Shown: piece by piece, positions 13,700-27,767 of the stretch
Layout: every line of letters begins with the position of its first letter
How positions within the stretch are numbered: position 1 is the first letter of the stretch
Assembly (NCBI GenBank): GCA_015680685.1
Contig: MNCI01000527.1
Coordinates: 1 to 64,000 of the forward strand
From: Gnetum montanum
Lineage: Eukaryota; Plantae; Gnetophyta
DNA: 64,000 nucleotides
Direction: 5' to 3'
The notes under the pieces: generated by a model
Database searches by the model: none
What the model saw: only the letters and a program-made list of their open reading frames with translations
What the model was told of the DNA's origin: nothing
Program-made: the position numbers and the translations under genes

Positions 13700-16600
13700 T
13701 CCCCTCACTTATTTGCAAATCACTGGGAATAATCCATACAAGGCTCTTGTAGAATTAAGTTTTGGTATCAATTTTATTTTTCATGAAATGTATAAAGCCT
13801 AGAACCTGCCTCCACCTAAGAATAGAAATATTCTTCTTGAGTTGGAAAATTAGTCCATCACTATTTCCTTGGGACTAGTGGAGGACATTGTAACCATTGT
13901 TTATGTGTGATCCTACCCTGCTAAATTCCTGGTGATTTGTGTTGATAACTACAAGGAGGAGTTCCCAATCATCATCGAAAGGGCTTGGTTGAGCATCATA
14001 GATGCATAATTGGGAATCAGAAACATCTCCTTGGAAATTTCCAAGGAAAATTATTTTGAGAAGATCGAGAGGAAGCACATTTCATGCATTATATACAATG
14101 ACATAAGGTGCAATTATGTGCAAAAATTATGGACCGTAAAAAGCACATCTATCATAGCATGTAGATAGTATGCTAATGTGATAGAAATTTAAAGGTGCCT
14201 ATACACAACAACCATAAAATAGGAGGGCATCTAATGGCTAATAGTTGATGCATAATGTAGTTCAACAATGTGCATGGAATCCATTAAGAGCATTACAAGT
14301 GCCTACATTGAAGGCATGGATGAACTAAAGTAAGTTCATCACTAACTCTCTAATGATGAACCTAATAAAACCAACTGGGAAGAGTTAGAGAGATCCCTAA
14401 AAGCTTTAAACAAGATCCTCTTAAGTTGAAACCTTTACTAGCTGAAATGAAATATGTCTTTCTAAATAATGGAAAGTTGGTTATCATCAATGCCAACCTT
14501 GCTCTTGTGTAGAAAAAGAAACTATTGGAGGTTATCAATAGATGGCCAATAACCTTTACTTGATCATATCCTAAACTCACTAGAATTGATCCTAGGATAT
14601 GCCAACAACGCATCTACACATATCCTTCCATCAACCCAAATAAAAAATTGTAGTGGTGGTTGAATCCCAAAGTGAAGTAGATCATGAAAGAGAATATTGA
14701 ATAACTCCCATGGTAGATAATGAGTGGGTTAAGCCCACTTGTGATAATTCCAAAGAAGGATGGCAAATAAAGGGTCTATATTGATTTCAAGCTATTGAAC
14801 ATGGCAACTTACAAAAGTCAATTTCCATTGTCATTTGTAGACCAAATGTTGGATAATATTTCTAGGCATTGCTACTATAGATTTCTAGATGATTATAGTG
14901 GCTATAACCACATTCAGATCGCACCAAAGGATCAAGCCAAAACAACATTCATAAGTCCCTTGGGGACTTTCGCATATAGAAAGATGTTGTTTTGCCTATG
15001 CAATGCTCCTTCCACATTCCAACACCTTGTCCTAAGCATCTTCCAATAGCAAATTGGTAGTGGGATGGAAGTCTTCATGGATGACTTCTCAACCTATAGC
15101 AATACATTTGGGCAAGCCTTTGACCATCTTGAGTAAGTGCTAAAAAGGTGTGTGAAGACAAATCTTAAGCTTAGCTAGTAAAAATCCAGCTAATGATCTA
15201 GGAAGCCATTATTTTGGGGCACAAAATTTCTAAGGGATCAATGTTGACCCTAAAAAAATAAGGGTCATCCAAGAAATTACCAGAAATCTAGAAACCCTAA
15301 AAGATGTGAGATCATTCCTTAGACACATTCTCTACTACCAAAAATTCATTAAAATTTTCTCTAAGATCACTAAACCATTGGTGGAGCTAATAAATAAGGA
15401 TGTTCCATTTGTGTGGACCAAGAAATGCAAGCATGTATTCTAGTTTCTCAAGAACAAGCTCATGGAAACTCCAATTCTACAAGCACCTAACTAGTCCATA
15501 CCTTTTCAAATCATGATGGATGCATCAAATTATGTCTTGGGAGTAGTGCTCATGCAATTGGATGATTAGAAACATCCTTACTACATCCACTACACAGTAG
15601 AAGCATTGTGGTTAAATAAATAAATTACACCATAACAGAGAAAGAATTGATGGAAGTGATATTCACCTTAAAAACATTCAGGCACTATGAGCTTGGATAC
15701 AAGATGTTCATGCACATAGACCACAATGCAATCTAGTTCCTCATGAAAAAACCAATGGTGAGCCCCTATGTTATATGGTTACTAGTGATCTTGCAAGAAT
15801 TAGATCTTACGATGGTAGATCGAAAGAAAACTGAGAATGTGATTGTTAAACACTTGTCTTAGTTGTGATGGGACAACAAAGAGGAGGAAAGCCCACTATC
15901 AAATTAGTTTCTTGATGAACTCTTCTTTTTCAAGGCTATAACTAATCAAATTCCTTCTAAATCTAATTAGTATGATCACATTTTCACCTACCTACGCACT
16001 CAAGAGATATTGCAAGAGTGGGATCATAAGAAGAAATAAAAATTTCTTCACTAGGTGAAATGCTTCATGGAGATCAACGAACACCTTTACAACATGTGCA
16101 TCGATGGCCTAGTTCATTGATGTATTCTTGATGCTAATCAACTATGTGTTTTTCAAGTTTCTCATGAGGGCCCTTGTGGGTGCCACTATGCTGGGATATG
16201 CACAATCATGAAGATCCTCATGGTAGGGTATTATTAGCCAACACTTTTCAAGAACACTTATCAATTCGTCCACTCTTGTGAATGTTGCCAATGTGATGGT
16301 GGGATAACTACTCATATGAAGGAATCTTAGTAGTGGATCCAACGACTTGAGCCCTTCAACATCTAGCGCATTAACTTCATGGGTCCTATCACACCCATGT
16401 CAAATGAATAGGTGTACATCATAGTCACTGTTAACTATTGTACAAAATGGGTAGAAGCTATGGCCATCACCAATTTCACATCTTCTATGGCTACTCAATT
16501 TGTATAACAAAATGTTGTAAGAAATTTTGGGGTGCCACGTGCACTTATTTCTAATAATGATACTTATTTTACAAGCACTACCTTTCAAAAACTCATGCAA

Positions 16601-17250
16601 TGCTTGGAGGTTGAACATAAATTAGCAACACCCTACCACCCTCAAGCCAATGGTTGAGCAGAGGTTACAAATAGGGAAATCAAAAAGATACTAATAAGAA
16701 TTGTTAGTAAATATAGGAGGGATTAGAGCACAAAACTCATTGATGTCCTCTAGACCTATCGCTTCACATGAAAACTTCCTATTGGCTACTCTTGCTATGA
16801 GCTTGTGTATGGAAAATTTCCAATACTTCCAATTCAAGCTGAGCTCTGTACACTATTAATAGCTTGTGATCTTAACCTTGACCTTAGTCTAGCATAAAAT
16901 AAAAGATTGATCAATCTCAACTTACTAGACAAGAACCAATTAGTAGCCCTATCATCTAACAAGTTGCATAAGGCATTCAACAAGTAACAACATGACCTTA
17001 AAATAAGGAAAGTTAAATTACACCTAGGAGATAGGGTCCTCTACTATAATCCCACATACATACCACAAAGAACCAAGTTCCAAATGTTATGAAATGGGCC
17101 TTATGTTATCTACAAAACCTTTCCTTCTAGGGCCATGTTAATATATGAACCTAAAAGCCCAAACAAGAAACTCTTGGTCAACATGCAATAAATTAAATCT
17201 TTCTATGTGCCTAAGAGAGCCAATGGCCAAAACACTTTAATAGATGGATA
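13700..17250 (+). pseudogene. pol: Degenerate pol (PR-RT-RNase H-integrase) of element D
   Basis: RT motif FPLSFVDQMLD...FLDDYSGYNHIQIAPKDQAKTTF...CNAPSTFQ (14795-15049). VFMDDF at ~15070, DASNY RNase H at ~15520, integrase TKWVEA and TPYHPQANG at ~16440-16660. Confidence 0.9.
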
Positions 17251-20200
17251 GGAATGCTCAATTTGTTTATATATCCTACTTCCAACTTAGTCGTGGGAAA
17301 TATGGCCATCCATGATGATCCATTAAAGTGGCTCCTTAGTCTTTACACTTTTTTGTTTTACATAGTCTTTGGTACATTTTTCTCTTTCTTAAATATTTTA
17401 CAAATTTTTTTATATTTTACTTTATTTGATTTTGGTTTTGTAATGCTTTCTTAATGTTTTTTTTTTTTGTTTTTCTTTATTGTTGCCAAGACTAAGAACT
17501 GTAGCTGCTGATTAATGGTGGTTTGTACTATAATGTTATTTGATTGCTAATGTCTGGATTCTATCATTGTATTTTTGTATTGATAACTAAGACATGGTTT
17601 CTTTTTCATGATAACAAAAAGTGAGTCCACATCATCAACCCATCCACAAACTCTATGGTATTCCTCATTTTGGAAATATTAGGTCCCTTCCATAATAAAA
17701 CTTATAACAAACTTGTGACCTTGGTAGTTTTCAAACTTGGGAAGGATCAAAAGGATAGACAAGGGTGTGACTTCAAGGGGATTTAATGCTCTCTATACTT
17801 GTCTACCATCTTGAGCGCATGAGTGTTTTCATGGATTTCTCACTATTTTGTTGTTGACGAATAACAAGAAGCTAAAAGTCTTTGCATGGTGTCGTTTCCA
17901 TAAAAAAAACATAAAATCCAAAAAAAATTAAACAAACAATAATGAAAATTCAAAGCACACCTTTTAGATGATATAACAAGCTACAAGCACTGGTTATGAG
18001 ACTAGAAAGACATGTTACCTATGCTTGAAGGTCCCCTCTAGCTAAGGCCCATCTCACTTCCTACTTGTTTTTTCTTCTCTTTTAGGAATGATGATTAATT
18101 TGTGGGGATATTCTTGTGCCTTAAGGAGATGGCCTAGTCATGGAGTTTTAATATGAAGTCATTGAAAGTGGTTGGTTTCAATTCAGACTAAGGGTGGATG
18201 TTATAAAGTCATATTAATCACAAAATCCATAAGGGACTTCATGTGACCATGATATGAGACTCCATTTCACTATCTACCTCACTACATTTGCTTTCTATAG
18301 CTTACCTCATTGTCATTTTTCATGTTTTATGTAATGTATTGATTTGATTTGTCAAAATTCTTAGGTAGTTTCTTATGAGGTTTAGTCCTTAACTTATCAT
18401 ACCCATTAATCACCCATGGGGTCCATGAACTCCTTGGTTTGAGGGCATGTAAGAGCATGAATGGCATGAGAGTGCTATGGGAAGGACCCATTGCATACTT
18501 CTTGGTTGGGCTAGTTAAGTTCCTCATCCCTTAAACATTTTTGCATTCAAACCATTTGTGCTCCACATTGATTGCATCTAGTTTTTCACTCCTTATTAAG
18601 TTTCTCAAATCATTCTCCTAATAAAAAACTCTCTTTTGTGAATTATCTAGCCTTCTTCAAGCATTTCTTCATGTTAATGACCTTTCTAGGTCTCTATGAA
18701 CTCCAAATTTGTGCAAAAAATATTTATTTTTCTTGAAATTTTCAAAGGAAAAAATTTTCTTTTGGCCACATTGGTGGGATCTCATTGATGCAACCCCTCG
18801 CATCAACATGACCCTGTATACGGGATCCTATCAATGCAGCTATAAAAACCTATAAATATAACACCATACTTTAAAAAAAATTTCCATTTTCTTCAAAAGG
18901 GTGAAGGAGTTTTTGCATTTTTTTTTAAGCCCAAAACATTCCAAACCCCATAACTTTCACATTGCTTGTCCTATTAACCTCATTCTTTGTTTCTGAAACT
19001 ACTAAAGTGAGCACTACATCATGGGGGTCACAAACCTTAGGTTTCTAACAAAACATTTTTCAAAAAATTTTGAAATACCATAAGGTTCAACTAATTAAAT
19101 AGTATTAAAATCACTAATTAATGAAGGTTAAACCTTTCCTTCTAGTAGAGAGTGATACATGGGAGAAACATACCTCTTTTGGAATATTATGCAAGTTTCT
19201 AAGAATGTGGATGAGCTTCTTGATGCCTTAGCTACTAATAATGTGGCTATTTTATATCCTTCTTTAACCATGGAATATGTTGTATTTGAGTAGGTAGTTA
19301 CTACAAAACTAAAGACCATGATATCTACATCTTCTTCCCTTGCATCCTCCTCTACCTCTCCTTCTTAATTTCTTACAATTATTAAGAAAGTACCTCAACT
19401 CCCTTTTTTCAGGTCATAAAGAAATCAATTGTTGATAATGATCCTAAAATCCATAAATATCATCCTTTGTTAAATTTTGAAGTTTTCTAAATAAAATATT
19501 GAATCATTCTAGTAGGTTGTATTAGTGATCATCTATGAAGTTATTTTGGTTCATTTAATACTCTACCTCTATTATGTTGTATTTTTTTTTCTTGTGTTAT
19601 TCACATCTTCAAAGAAATATCTCCTATAAAGGTTTCTTACCAAGGTTTCATTTTTTCTCCGTTTTAAGGAATAGTTATCATGAATATATAACTAATAAGG
19701 TTGGATATATAGAAAATTATAACCATCAAGTTGCATGTTTAAAATTTTAGTGAACAGATTCATTTTGTTGAATAATTATATAAGTCTTATAAAATCATTC
19801 CAAATTCAAAAATGAAAACTAAAGGACCTTAATTTAACATAGTTTTATCTTCCTCATAACCGTGATATTCCTAGATATATTTCTTTAACCACAAATATAA
19901 TGTTAAGGCAAAGAAAATTTATATATTAAAAAACCATACTTAAAGTGTGGTTCAATTGGTGATGATTGGATGAAACTTTCATAACCACCAAAATATGAGT
20001 ATATAAAATTATTGTTGTAATAATATTATTAAAAAGTTGTATCACATTTGGTTTTAAGGGAACTATTGAGAATTGGAATATTAACATCAACCTTAACATG
20101 TTTTATACATATTCATATGTATAACTATAATGGTTTACATAAAGAGACTAATCAAATTATTAAGTAATTAGTCATGAAGATGTATAGTTATTGAATAAGA

Positions 20201-20461
20201 TGTTTCTCTTAATTTTGTTGTGCTAAAGAAAAGTCACAAGGTAGTTTTATATAGACATACATCACAAATTCAAAAGTATGATGCATAAAAAATTAACCAT
20301 TAAATATACTATCTATGGTTATTTATTCTAGTTTCTATTATTATTTTCTATACCAATATTTCTATCTTTATATCTTTTCCCTTATCCATTACTTTCATTA
20401 TCATAGCCATTTGACTCTATTAGCATTGATTTCTAAGTATATAGTTAGGTGCTTTCAAAAC

Positions 20462-23332
20462 TGTTATGGCCAATCTTACTAATGCTATCGCATAGGGCCA
20501 TGATTAACAAAACTATCCTATAAAATCATATATCATTTCACCAAGCAACGTTAATGTGCAAGAAGGTGGACTAATGTGTAGGAAGGTGAACTGACATGTG
20601 AGGAGGTGGATCGACATGTGGGGAGGTGAACCGATGTGTGAAAAGATGGACCGATGTGCGAAGAGGTGAACTGACATGTAAGAAGGTGAACTGACATGCG
20701 GGGAGGTGAAACATCACTAGCAAGCGACTATAAAGTAGAGAACAAAGGAGATGTCAAAGGGTGGGGGAGCAAGGGCCTCCTTAACAAACTAGTCTCTCTT
20801 CCCGAATAGCTATGTCTCTCTCCATTAAGGTGCATGCAGATGGGTAGGGGGTCTCCATGGGCTAAGAAATCAATAGACAATAGTTTTCTATCTCTCTCAT
20901 CTCTTGTTTTTCTTAGGGTGACAACAGGAGAGTTGATATGCACAAATGGCAGGCATGATAGGCAAGTTTTGTAGTCTTGTTTCTTTATTCTTGGTAACGA
21001 ACTGACAAAAATTAGTAGTGGCAAAGCTACATACATGGTGGTCAACAATCTCAATAGGAAACCAAGAGGCAATGGTTTTCTTTTTCCTTTTCATGGCAAA
21101 CCCATGATGGTCACAAACATAAGACTAGAGACAGTAATGCATATACCGGCACTTAACAACGAGGTCTAGTAGCTCATTCTTGCCCTCTCTCTCTACTACA
21201 GTGTTGTAGTAGTTGATAGCAGTAGTTGTAGGTGCAAGTTCTATAGTTTTGTTCTACTTTTGGTAGGTAATGCATCCATGGTAGGGTTCTCCAAACAAGG
21301 ATAAATTTTCCTCTCTCATGCTGGAAATAGGACATGTTCTGTCTATGCATCAAAGATGCATCAACAATCCCTTTCATCCGACCTCTTCTTTCTCTCTCCC
21401 TCATTTGGTGACTATAGGCAATGTTGGCTATGGCAACGTCCACAATGAACTAGCAGTGAATTGCAATAGTAGCTGGGAAGCAGGGAAATCTTATTTTTGT
21501 TACCTTTTGTATTCTTTAATTCAATACATGCATTCCAATTAAAATCTCCATTTTTTTTACTATTTTCAAAAGGCCGCATGGCCCTCTCTAGCTTAGACTA
21601 TTCCTGGGTTTCCTTACCCATATGGAAGGTGCCCCAGGTAATAATCTCCTCAAACAAGTTTTCTTTTTCAGTGTTGGTGCATCTAAAATTTATGCATCGA
21701 CATCTTTTTGGTGCTAGAAGGACAACTATTTTTCTAGCCTTTGTAATCTCATTTTCTAAAATATCAATTTTCTATCCTTTTGCAATCCCTATTCTATTTT
21801 CATTTTCCAAAAATTTCATTTTCCTTGTTTTAAACTAGCTTTATTTTTTGCTAACCTTTTTCTCCAAATCCTTTATTTTCTACCTTTTTTATGCTTCTCA
21901 TTTTCTCAAAAAAATTTTTACCGAAATATTTTTTTATAACCCTCGTTTCCCAATTCCATTTTCAAATTTCTGATTTTGTCAACCCTTACCTAAGTCTTAA
22001 CTTGGGTGAGGTGGTTTTATTATTCAATTTTAAATTTCTTTTTTAAAAATTATCTTATTTTATTATTTTCCTCTTAATATTTTGTGGTTTTTGTTGCTCT
22101 TTGCACTTGCAAGTAATTTGTTGTTTAGAGGCTAAGTGTTATGGCCAATCTCACCCATGCTATCACATGGGGCCATGATCAACAAAACTATCCTGTAAAA
22201 TCATATACCATTTTACCAAGTAATGTTAATGTGTGGGAAGGTGGACCAATGTGCAAGAAGGTGAACTAATGTGCAAGGAGGTCAACCGACGTGCAAGGAG
22301 GTTAACCAACATGTGGGAAGGTGGACTAATATGTAGGGAGGTGAAACATCACTAGCAGGCTACTATAAAGTAGAAAATGAAGGAGACATCGAACGGTGGA
22401 GGAACAAGGACCTCCTTAACAAATTAGGATCTCTTCCTAAATAGTTGCATCTCTCTCCATTGAGGCACGCACAAATGGATAGGGGGATCTCCATGGGCTA
22501 AGAAACTAGTGGACAATTTTTCTCTCTCTCTCTTTTCCTATTTTTCTTGGGGTGATACCAATGTAGCTGATATGCACAAATGGTGGACACGATAGGTGAG
22601 TTCTATAATCTTATTTCTTTATTCTTGGCAACAAACCAATGATTGTTAACAGTGGCAAAGATGTGTGAACGACGGTCAAAAATCTCAGCAGGAAACCAAG
22701 AGGCAATAGTTTTAATTTTCCTTTTTATAGTAGACTCGTGATAGAAATAGACGTAATACTAGAGATAGAAATTCATCTACCGATAGTGATAGTGGGGTCT
22801 AGTGGCTCGTTCTCTCTCTCTCCTTACTATGGTGTTATAGCAATTGATAGCAGTAGTTGCAAGTGTAGGTTCTACAGTTATGTTCTATTTTTGATAGGCA
22901 ATGCATCCATGACAAGGTTCTCCAAACAAGGACAAATTCCTCTCTCTCATGTTGGCAACAGGGCATGTTCTATATATGTGTAAGAGACACATCAATGGGC
23001 CACTTCATCCAACCTCTTCCTTCTCTCTCCCTCATTCGATGGCTACAGGCAATGTTGGCTATGGCAGCATTTACAATGAACTAGTGGCGAATAGCAGTAG
23101 TAATTAGGAAGCAAGGAAAACCTATTTTGGTTACCTTTTGTATTCTTGAATTCAAGACACACATTCCAATTAAAATTTTCATTTTTTTACTATTTTTAAA
23201 AATCCATGTAGCCCTCTCCAGTTGAGACTATTCCTGGGTTTCTATACCCATATGGGAGGCACCCTAGGCAATAGTCTCCTCAAATGAGTTTTCTTTCTTG
23301 ATGTTGGTGTGCCAAAAATTTATGCATCAACA
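20462..23332 (+). mobile_element. Non-autonomous two-LTR element E (LTRs 20462-21702 and 22137-23332; 434-bp non-coding interior)
   Basis: Direct repeats with TG...CA termini, TSD AAAAC/ATAAC, PBS-like TGGTGCTAGAAGGA at 21709-21722, and a degenerate purine tract before LTR2. Confidence 0.88.
20562..20710 (+). repeat. ~21-bp tandem repeat (GAAGGTGRACYRAYRTGTG-like) in LTR E
   Basis: About 7 units here and about 5 units at 22237-22346 in the second LTR. Confidence 0.8.
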
Positions 23333-26300
23333 ATAACATATACTAATTTTTATATCATTTTTATATTTTATCATTAATAAATATAAACATATAATGTTTG
23401 GGGATTGAATCTATATTCCTTTTTGATATGTTATAACCATACTTGGTACTAGTTGCTATTTTTACAGTTTACACAATCTAACATTTCATTGCTTGAACAT
23501 CATTATCATTATCTTGAGGACCTTAATTTCTTACAAATAAAATATATTCTAAAATTAAGGGTGGGTGCTAGCCATCAATGATGATAATTAATTCAGATTG
23601 GATGATTTTTGATGTAATCTTTCTTAGGATATTTTTAATCTTTTTGATGCATGCTGGTTACATGAATTAGTTTCTAGATGCTAATCTATATGTGATGTGA
23701 TAATCCTTGGTGTGTGACCTTCTACCTTCTTCATATCCATTTCAAAATCCTTTATGAAGTAGTTGTCATTTATATTTCCCTACTTAGTTATAGTAACTAA
23801 CTTTTCCTTGTTTTTTTTTCTTCCAAGTGATTTAAATTCTAGTGATGATGATAGTGATTCTCAACCAAAAGCTTAGATATGAGATTTAGAGATTATTATA
23901 TTAAATATTTGGCTTTGTGAAATTTATCTACTTTTCAAGTATTCTATTGTATTGTATTTTCTAAGTAATGTTTGGTTGGTACATGGACTATGGATGTAAT
24001 TGTGTGTCTCTAGTGTAGATCATGATATTTACTTTCTTGGATTTTTACTTATGATTTGTAAGTTAGACTAGTGATGTAACATTTAATTTTTATTCCTATT
24101 TAGTTGTTCAATAAGTATTCTTTCATGTTTTGAATTTCATTTTCAATGTTTAGAAGCCTTATACATTGGTTTTATAATTCTAGATAACTTTATTATTATT
24201 GATAATTTTTTGATACATTTGATGTTTAGTTTTCATGGGCATTAGGATTAATGAACAACAATTGTTTAGTGTACATTATAGGTGTACTTGCAATGAGATA
24301 TTACAGGTTTTATAATGTTTAAATAATTTTCATTTTTTACACATGTTTTTCTAAGAATGCCTACTATTTTGCCTATTAAATTTCATGACATCCTATATTA
24401 TTTTTAACAAATTGCACTTTTAATTATATAATGCCTCTCTCACCTAAACCTAGGTTATGGGATATTACATAGTTAATGAACATACATGACAATGTAACAT
24501 ATATAATCCATAAAGGAAAGGGTGTTGATGTAGATGGTTATATGATGTTGGTTGGTGGTAGTGTGAACGCTTGTTATCTTGTGATCCTTATGTTTTACAC
24601 ATATGTTCCTTATGATGATTAAATTATTAGGCATGATGAGTTTTCATATATTAATACCCAACTCCATGGTTTTTTTTCTAAGTTAATTAAGTTATGCATA
24701 TAATATTTATTACTTAGTTATAATAAGACCAATATTATCTTATTTAGAGGTAGAGCTAGTAGATGTCAAGAATCTAATGCTATGGAGAATTATTTTATTT
24801 ATTTAGTATTGTAAATTGATAATGTTGTATCCACTTTTTTTGTGTTTCTCATAACCAAGACTAAGTATAGATTGAAATTGTTTCATTTACTTCAAACTTA
24901 AAAAATTCCAAAAAAAAAAACATCATTAGACACTTTTCCAACTCCGAGAGACCTCCAAGGATCATTTGGGCTCATAGCCTAGGTTATGAGCTTCATTCTT
25001 AGTAACCCTAGAAAATTCTGAAAATCAATTTCTTTCCAAGTATTGGGACTAATGTAGATCAAAATTTTTCAAAGTGTTAAAGCTAACATAAATCAAAATT
25101 TGTCTAAATGCTGGAGCTACCATGGATTCTACATTCTTGCTTACATCACCTACATAAAACTACATATTAATATCAACTTGAACTTCAAGCAATGCATCCT
25201 AGGCTTCAATAGCATCAAAAAATTTGAATTTGGCCATTTTTATAGCTTTACAATTCATTGGAGATCAAGACTAAGTGTGGTCTTGACATCATTCCATGTA
25301 GATTTGTGCATCAAACTTTCCAAAGAAATTATCATGAGGAATATTCTCAACTTTTAGAAGACTCTTGGAATTATTTAAATCATAATACAGGTTATGTAGT
25401 TCATTTTTAGTGATCCTAGAAAAACTCTAGAATCAATTTTTTTTACATATTGGAGGCAATATGTTTCAATACATCTTCCTTTGACATCATAGGATAAAAT
25501 GCACTAAAACTAGCTTCATAAAACACATTTTTGATTTTTGGAGGCCCCTAGGGATTATTTAGAATAATATCCTAGCATTTTGGTTTCAATTTTGACAACT
25601 TTGAAAAATTTTGAAAAAATGCTAAAATTTTTTCTAAGTGTGGTTGATGTTGATGCCAGTGTAAAAACTGAGAACACCATCACTAACACTTCTAAACCTC
25701 ATTTAAATTATGTTTTTTAACATGCATAATGGATTCCTAGGGCCTAGACAAGTCATCAACAATAGTTTTGACACTTTGGGCTTCTGAAATTGGTACTTTG
25801 TGATAGGCTTTTTCATGACTTAGAAAATCTATATTTTTCGTAAGTCCATAGCATTAACATGTTCATGACTTTGACACCTCTAAGTCACCTAGCACATCTA
25901 ATTTGTAGAATTTCATTGGTTTATGAGCATCGTGATGCTTAAAAATCATTGTTTCAACTTCTTCTATAGTTTTAGCATCTTAGGAGTTAGAATTTTCAAC
26001 CTCAAAAATCACCAAAAAATTTTCTAACTTCCTAGTGGATGCTAACACTAAGTGTTAGTGTTAGCATTACCACTACTGAACATTATGTCATCCTCCAAAT
26101 CAACCTCCACAAGCTTCTTAAGATCATGTAATTCATCTTAGTAATATTCAACATTAGTTTGAAGATTAAATAGGTCCTTAGGAACTTAAAAATGGTAATT
26201 TGAAAAAATCCAAAATTTCACTTAGTACTAGTGATACTATTAGTGTCATAACCATTGGACAATTGCAAGCAACATGTTCATCTTTATCCTCAACATGCAA

Positions 26301-26779
26301 CTTCATCTCCAAGTGTCTTGGGTATTTCAACAACATTTTTTATTAGTTCAAAAGTGAAATAAGGTCTCTAGAACTCAAAATTCTAACTTTGATAAAATAT
26401 AAAAAATTTTACAAAGTATGATTAACACTGGTACTCATGTTAGCATCAACACTTTTGATGCATGCACCATGATATCATTGGATATTAAGATTAGCATTCA
26501 ATAGTATCTTTTAACTTTGCAGACTTCTTAGCATCATTTTGATATAATTCAACATTAATTGGAACATCAAACTAGGTCTTGAAAACCTAGAATTGATAGT
26601 TTGATGAAACTACAAAAATTGGTCTAAGCATTGGTAACACTAATGCTAATGTGAAGATTATCATTAGTGTCATCTCTAGAGTTATCATTTTTTCAACATT
26701 AGCATCACCTTTAGAATTAAAATTTTTTCAACTTAGTATCATCACTAGAGTTAATAATGTAGCAATGAATGACATCTAT

Positions 26780-27767
26780 AATAATAAGTTAATCAGTAAA
26801 GCATCTATAGTAGCTCACAAAGATGCACTACCTTTTTTATTGATCCCTAAGCTAGAAGATAGATATTTACATAATTTCCTAGTTGATTTGGGACTACTTC
26901 AACATTAATGCCTTTGTCAATTTGCAAATTGCTAGGATTAAATATAGAATAATAAGATAGAAAAATTATGCAAGTAGACAAAAGTAAAGTTAAGATAGTA
27001 AGTCGATTACAAAATTTTCTACTTCAAGTAGTTTTGAATCCTAAGATAAAGAGTAGAGTAACAATACAAGTAGCCCATATTCCTAATGCATATAACTTAC
27101 TACTAAGCAAAATTTAAAGTAGAAATTTTTTAGGTTATATAACTATTAATTATGCTCATATGTAGCTATCATGGAAAGAAGAACCAAATCAAATCTATGT
27201 ATATAATGAACCAATAATGGTAAAAATGTTACTTCTAATGGAAAAGATAAAATGATTGAATTAAAAGAAGTTAAATTATGAGTTAGTTCTATTTGAGAAA
27301 TACAAATCATGCTTTCTAACAATCAAAACGATCAATTTTGAAAAATTTATTTTGATGGAGTTAGTAATTCCAAAGGATCAAGAATAGATGTTATTCTAAC
27401 CAATCCAAAGGATAACATAGAATCAAAGGCTATCAATCTATAATTCCCATGTACTGACAATAGAGCTAAATATGAAGCCTTATGCAAAGGTCTGAAATGG
27501 CCATTAACAAAGAATTTAAAAGATCAAAAGTAAAAGAGGATTCAAAGCTAATGTATGATCAAATCCATGGAATATACAGTATTAAGAGTTCATTCTTGAT
27601 AAAAAAATTAGTATTAAAATTTCTTGAAATTTTATAGAGTAAAAAATTAAAAATATTTCCATGGATGAAAATTAAATAGTTGTTGAGCTTGTAGTAGTAG
27701 CCTTACCTTTAGGCCTATCAAAGATAGTTGAGCAAAGAGGCGTTGTAAGCGAATTGAAGTTAGAACC
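26780..27767 (+). pseudogene. pol: Old Tat-type element, 5' part: protease followed directly by archaeal-type RNase H (aRH)
   Basis: LHNFLVDLG protease motif (~26870). aRH motifs YFDGVSNSKG...FPCTDNRAKYEAL at 27345-27500. The coding sequence continues after 60376. Confidence 0.7.

Larger units (their letters stand above)
5755..18700 (+). mobile_element. Athila-like Ty3/Gypsy retrotransposon D, degenerate, 3' LTR not found
   Basis: LTR end CATCA at 7447-7451, tRNA-Asp-type PBS, then gag, PR, RT, RH and INT remnants in order. Both outer boundaries are approximate. Confidence 0.7.

Noticed and set aside
19100-20450. Possible host gene exons in the AT-rich stretches 19.1-20.4 kb and 23.3-24.9 kb
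   Set aside because: No coherent reading frame or recognisable domain could be assembled by eye.
20562-20710. 21-bp repeat array as CRISPR or a coding repeat
   Set aside because: No spacers; it is duplicated within both LTRs of element E.
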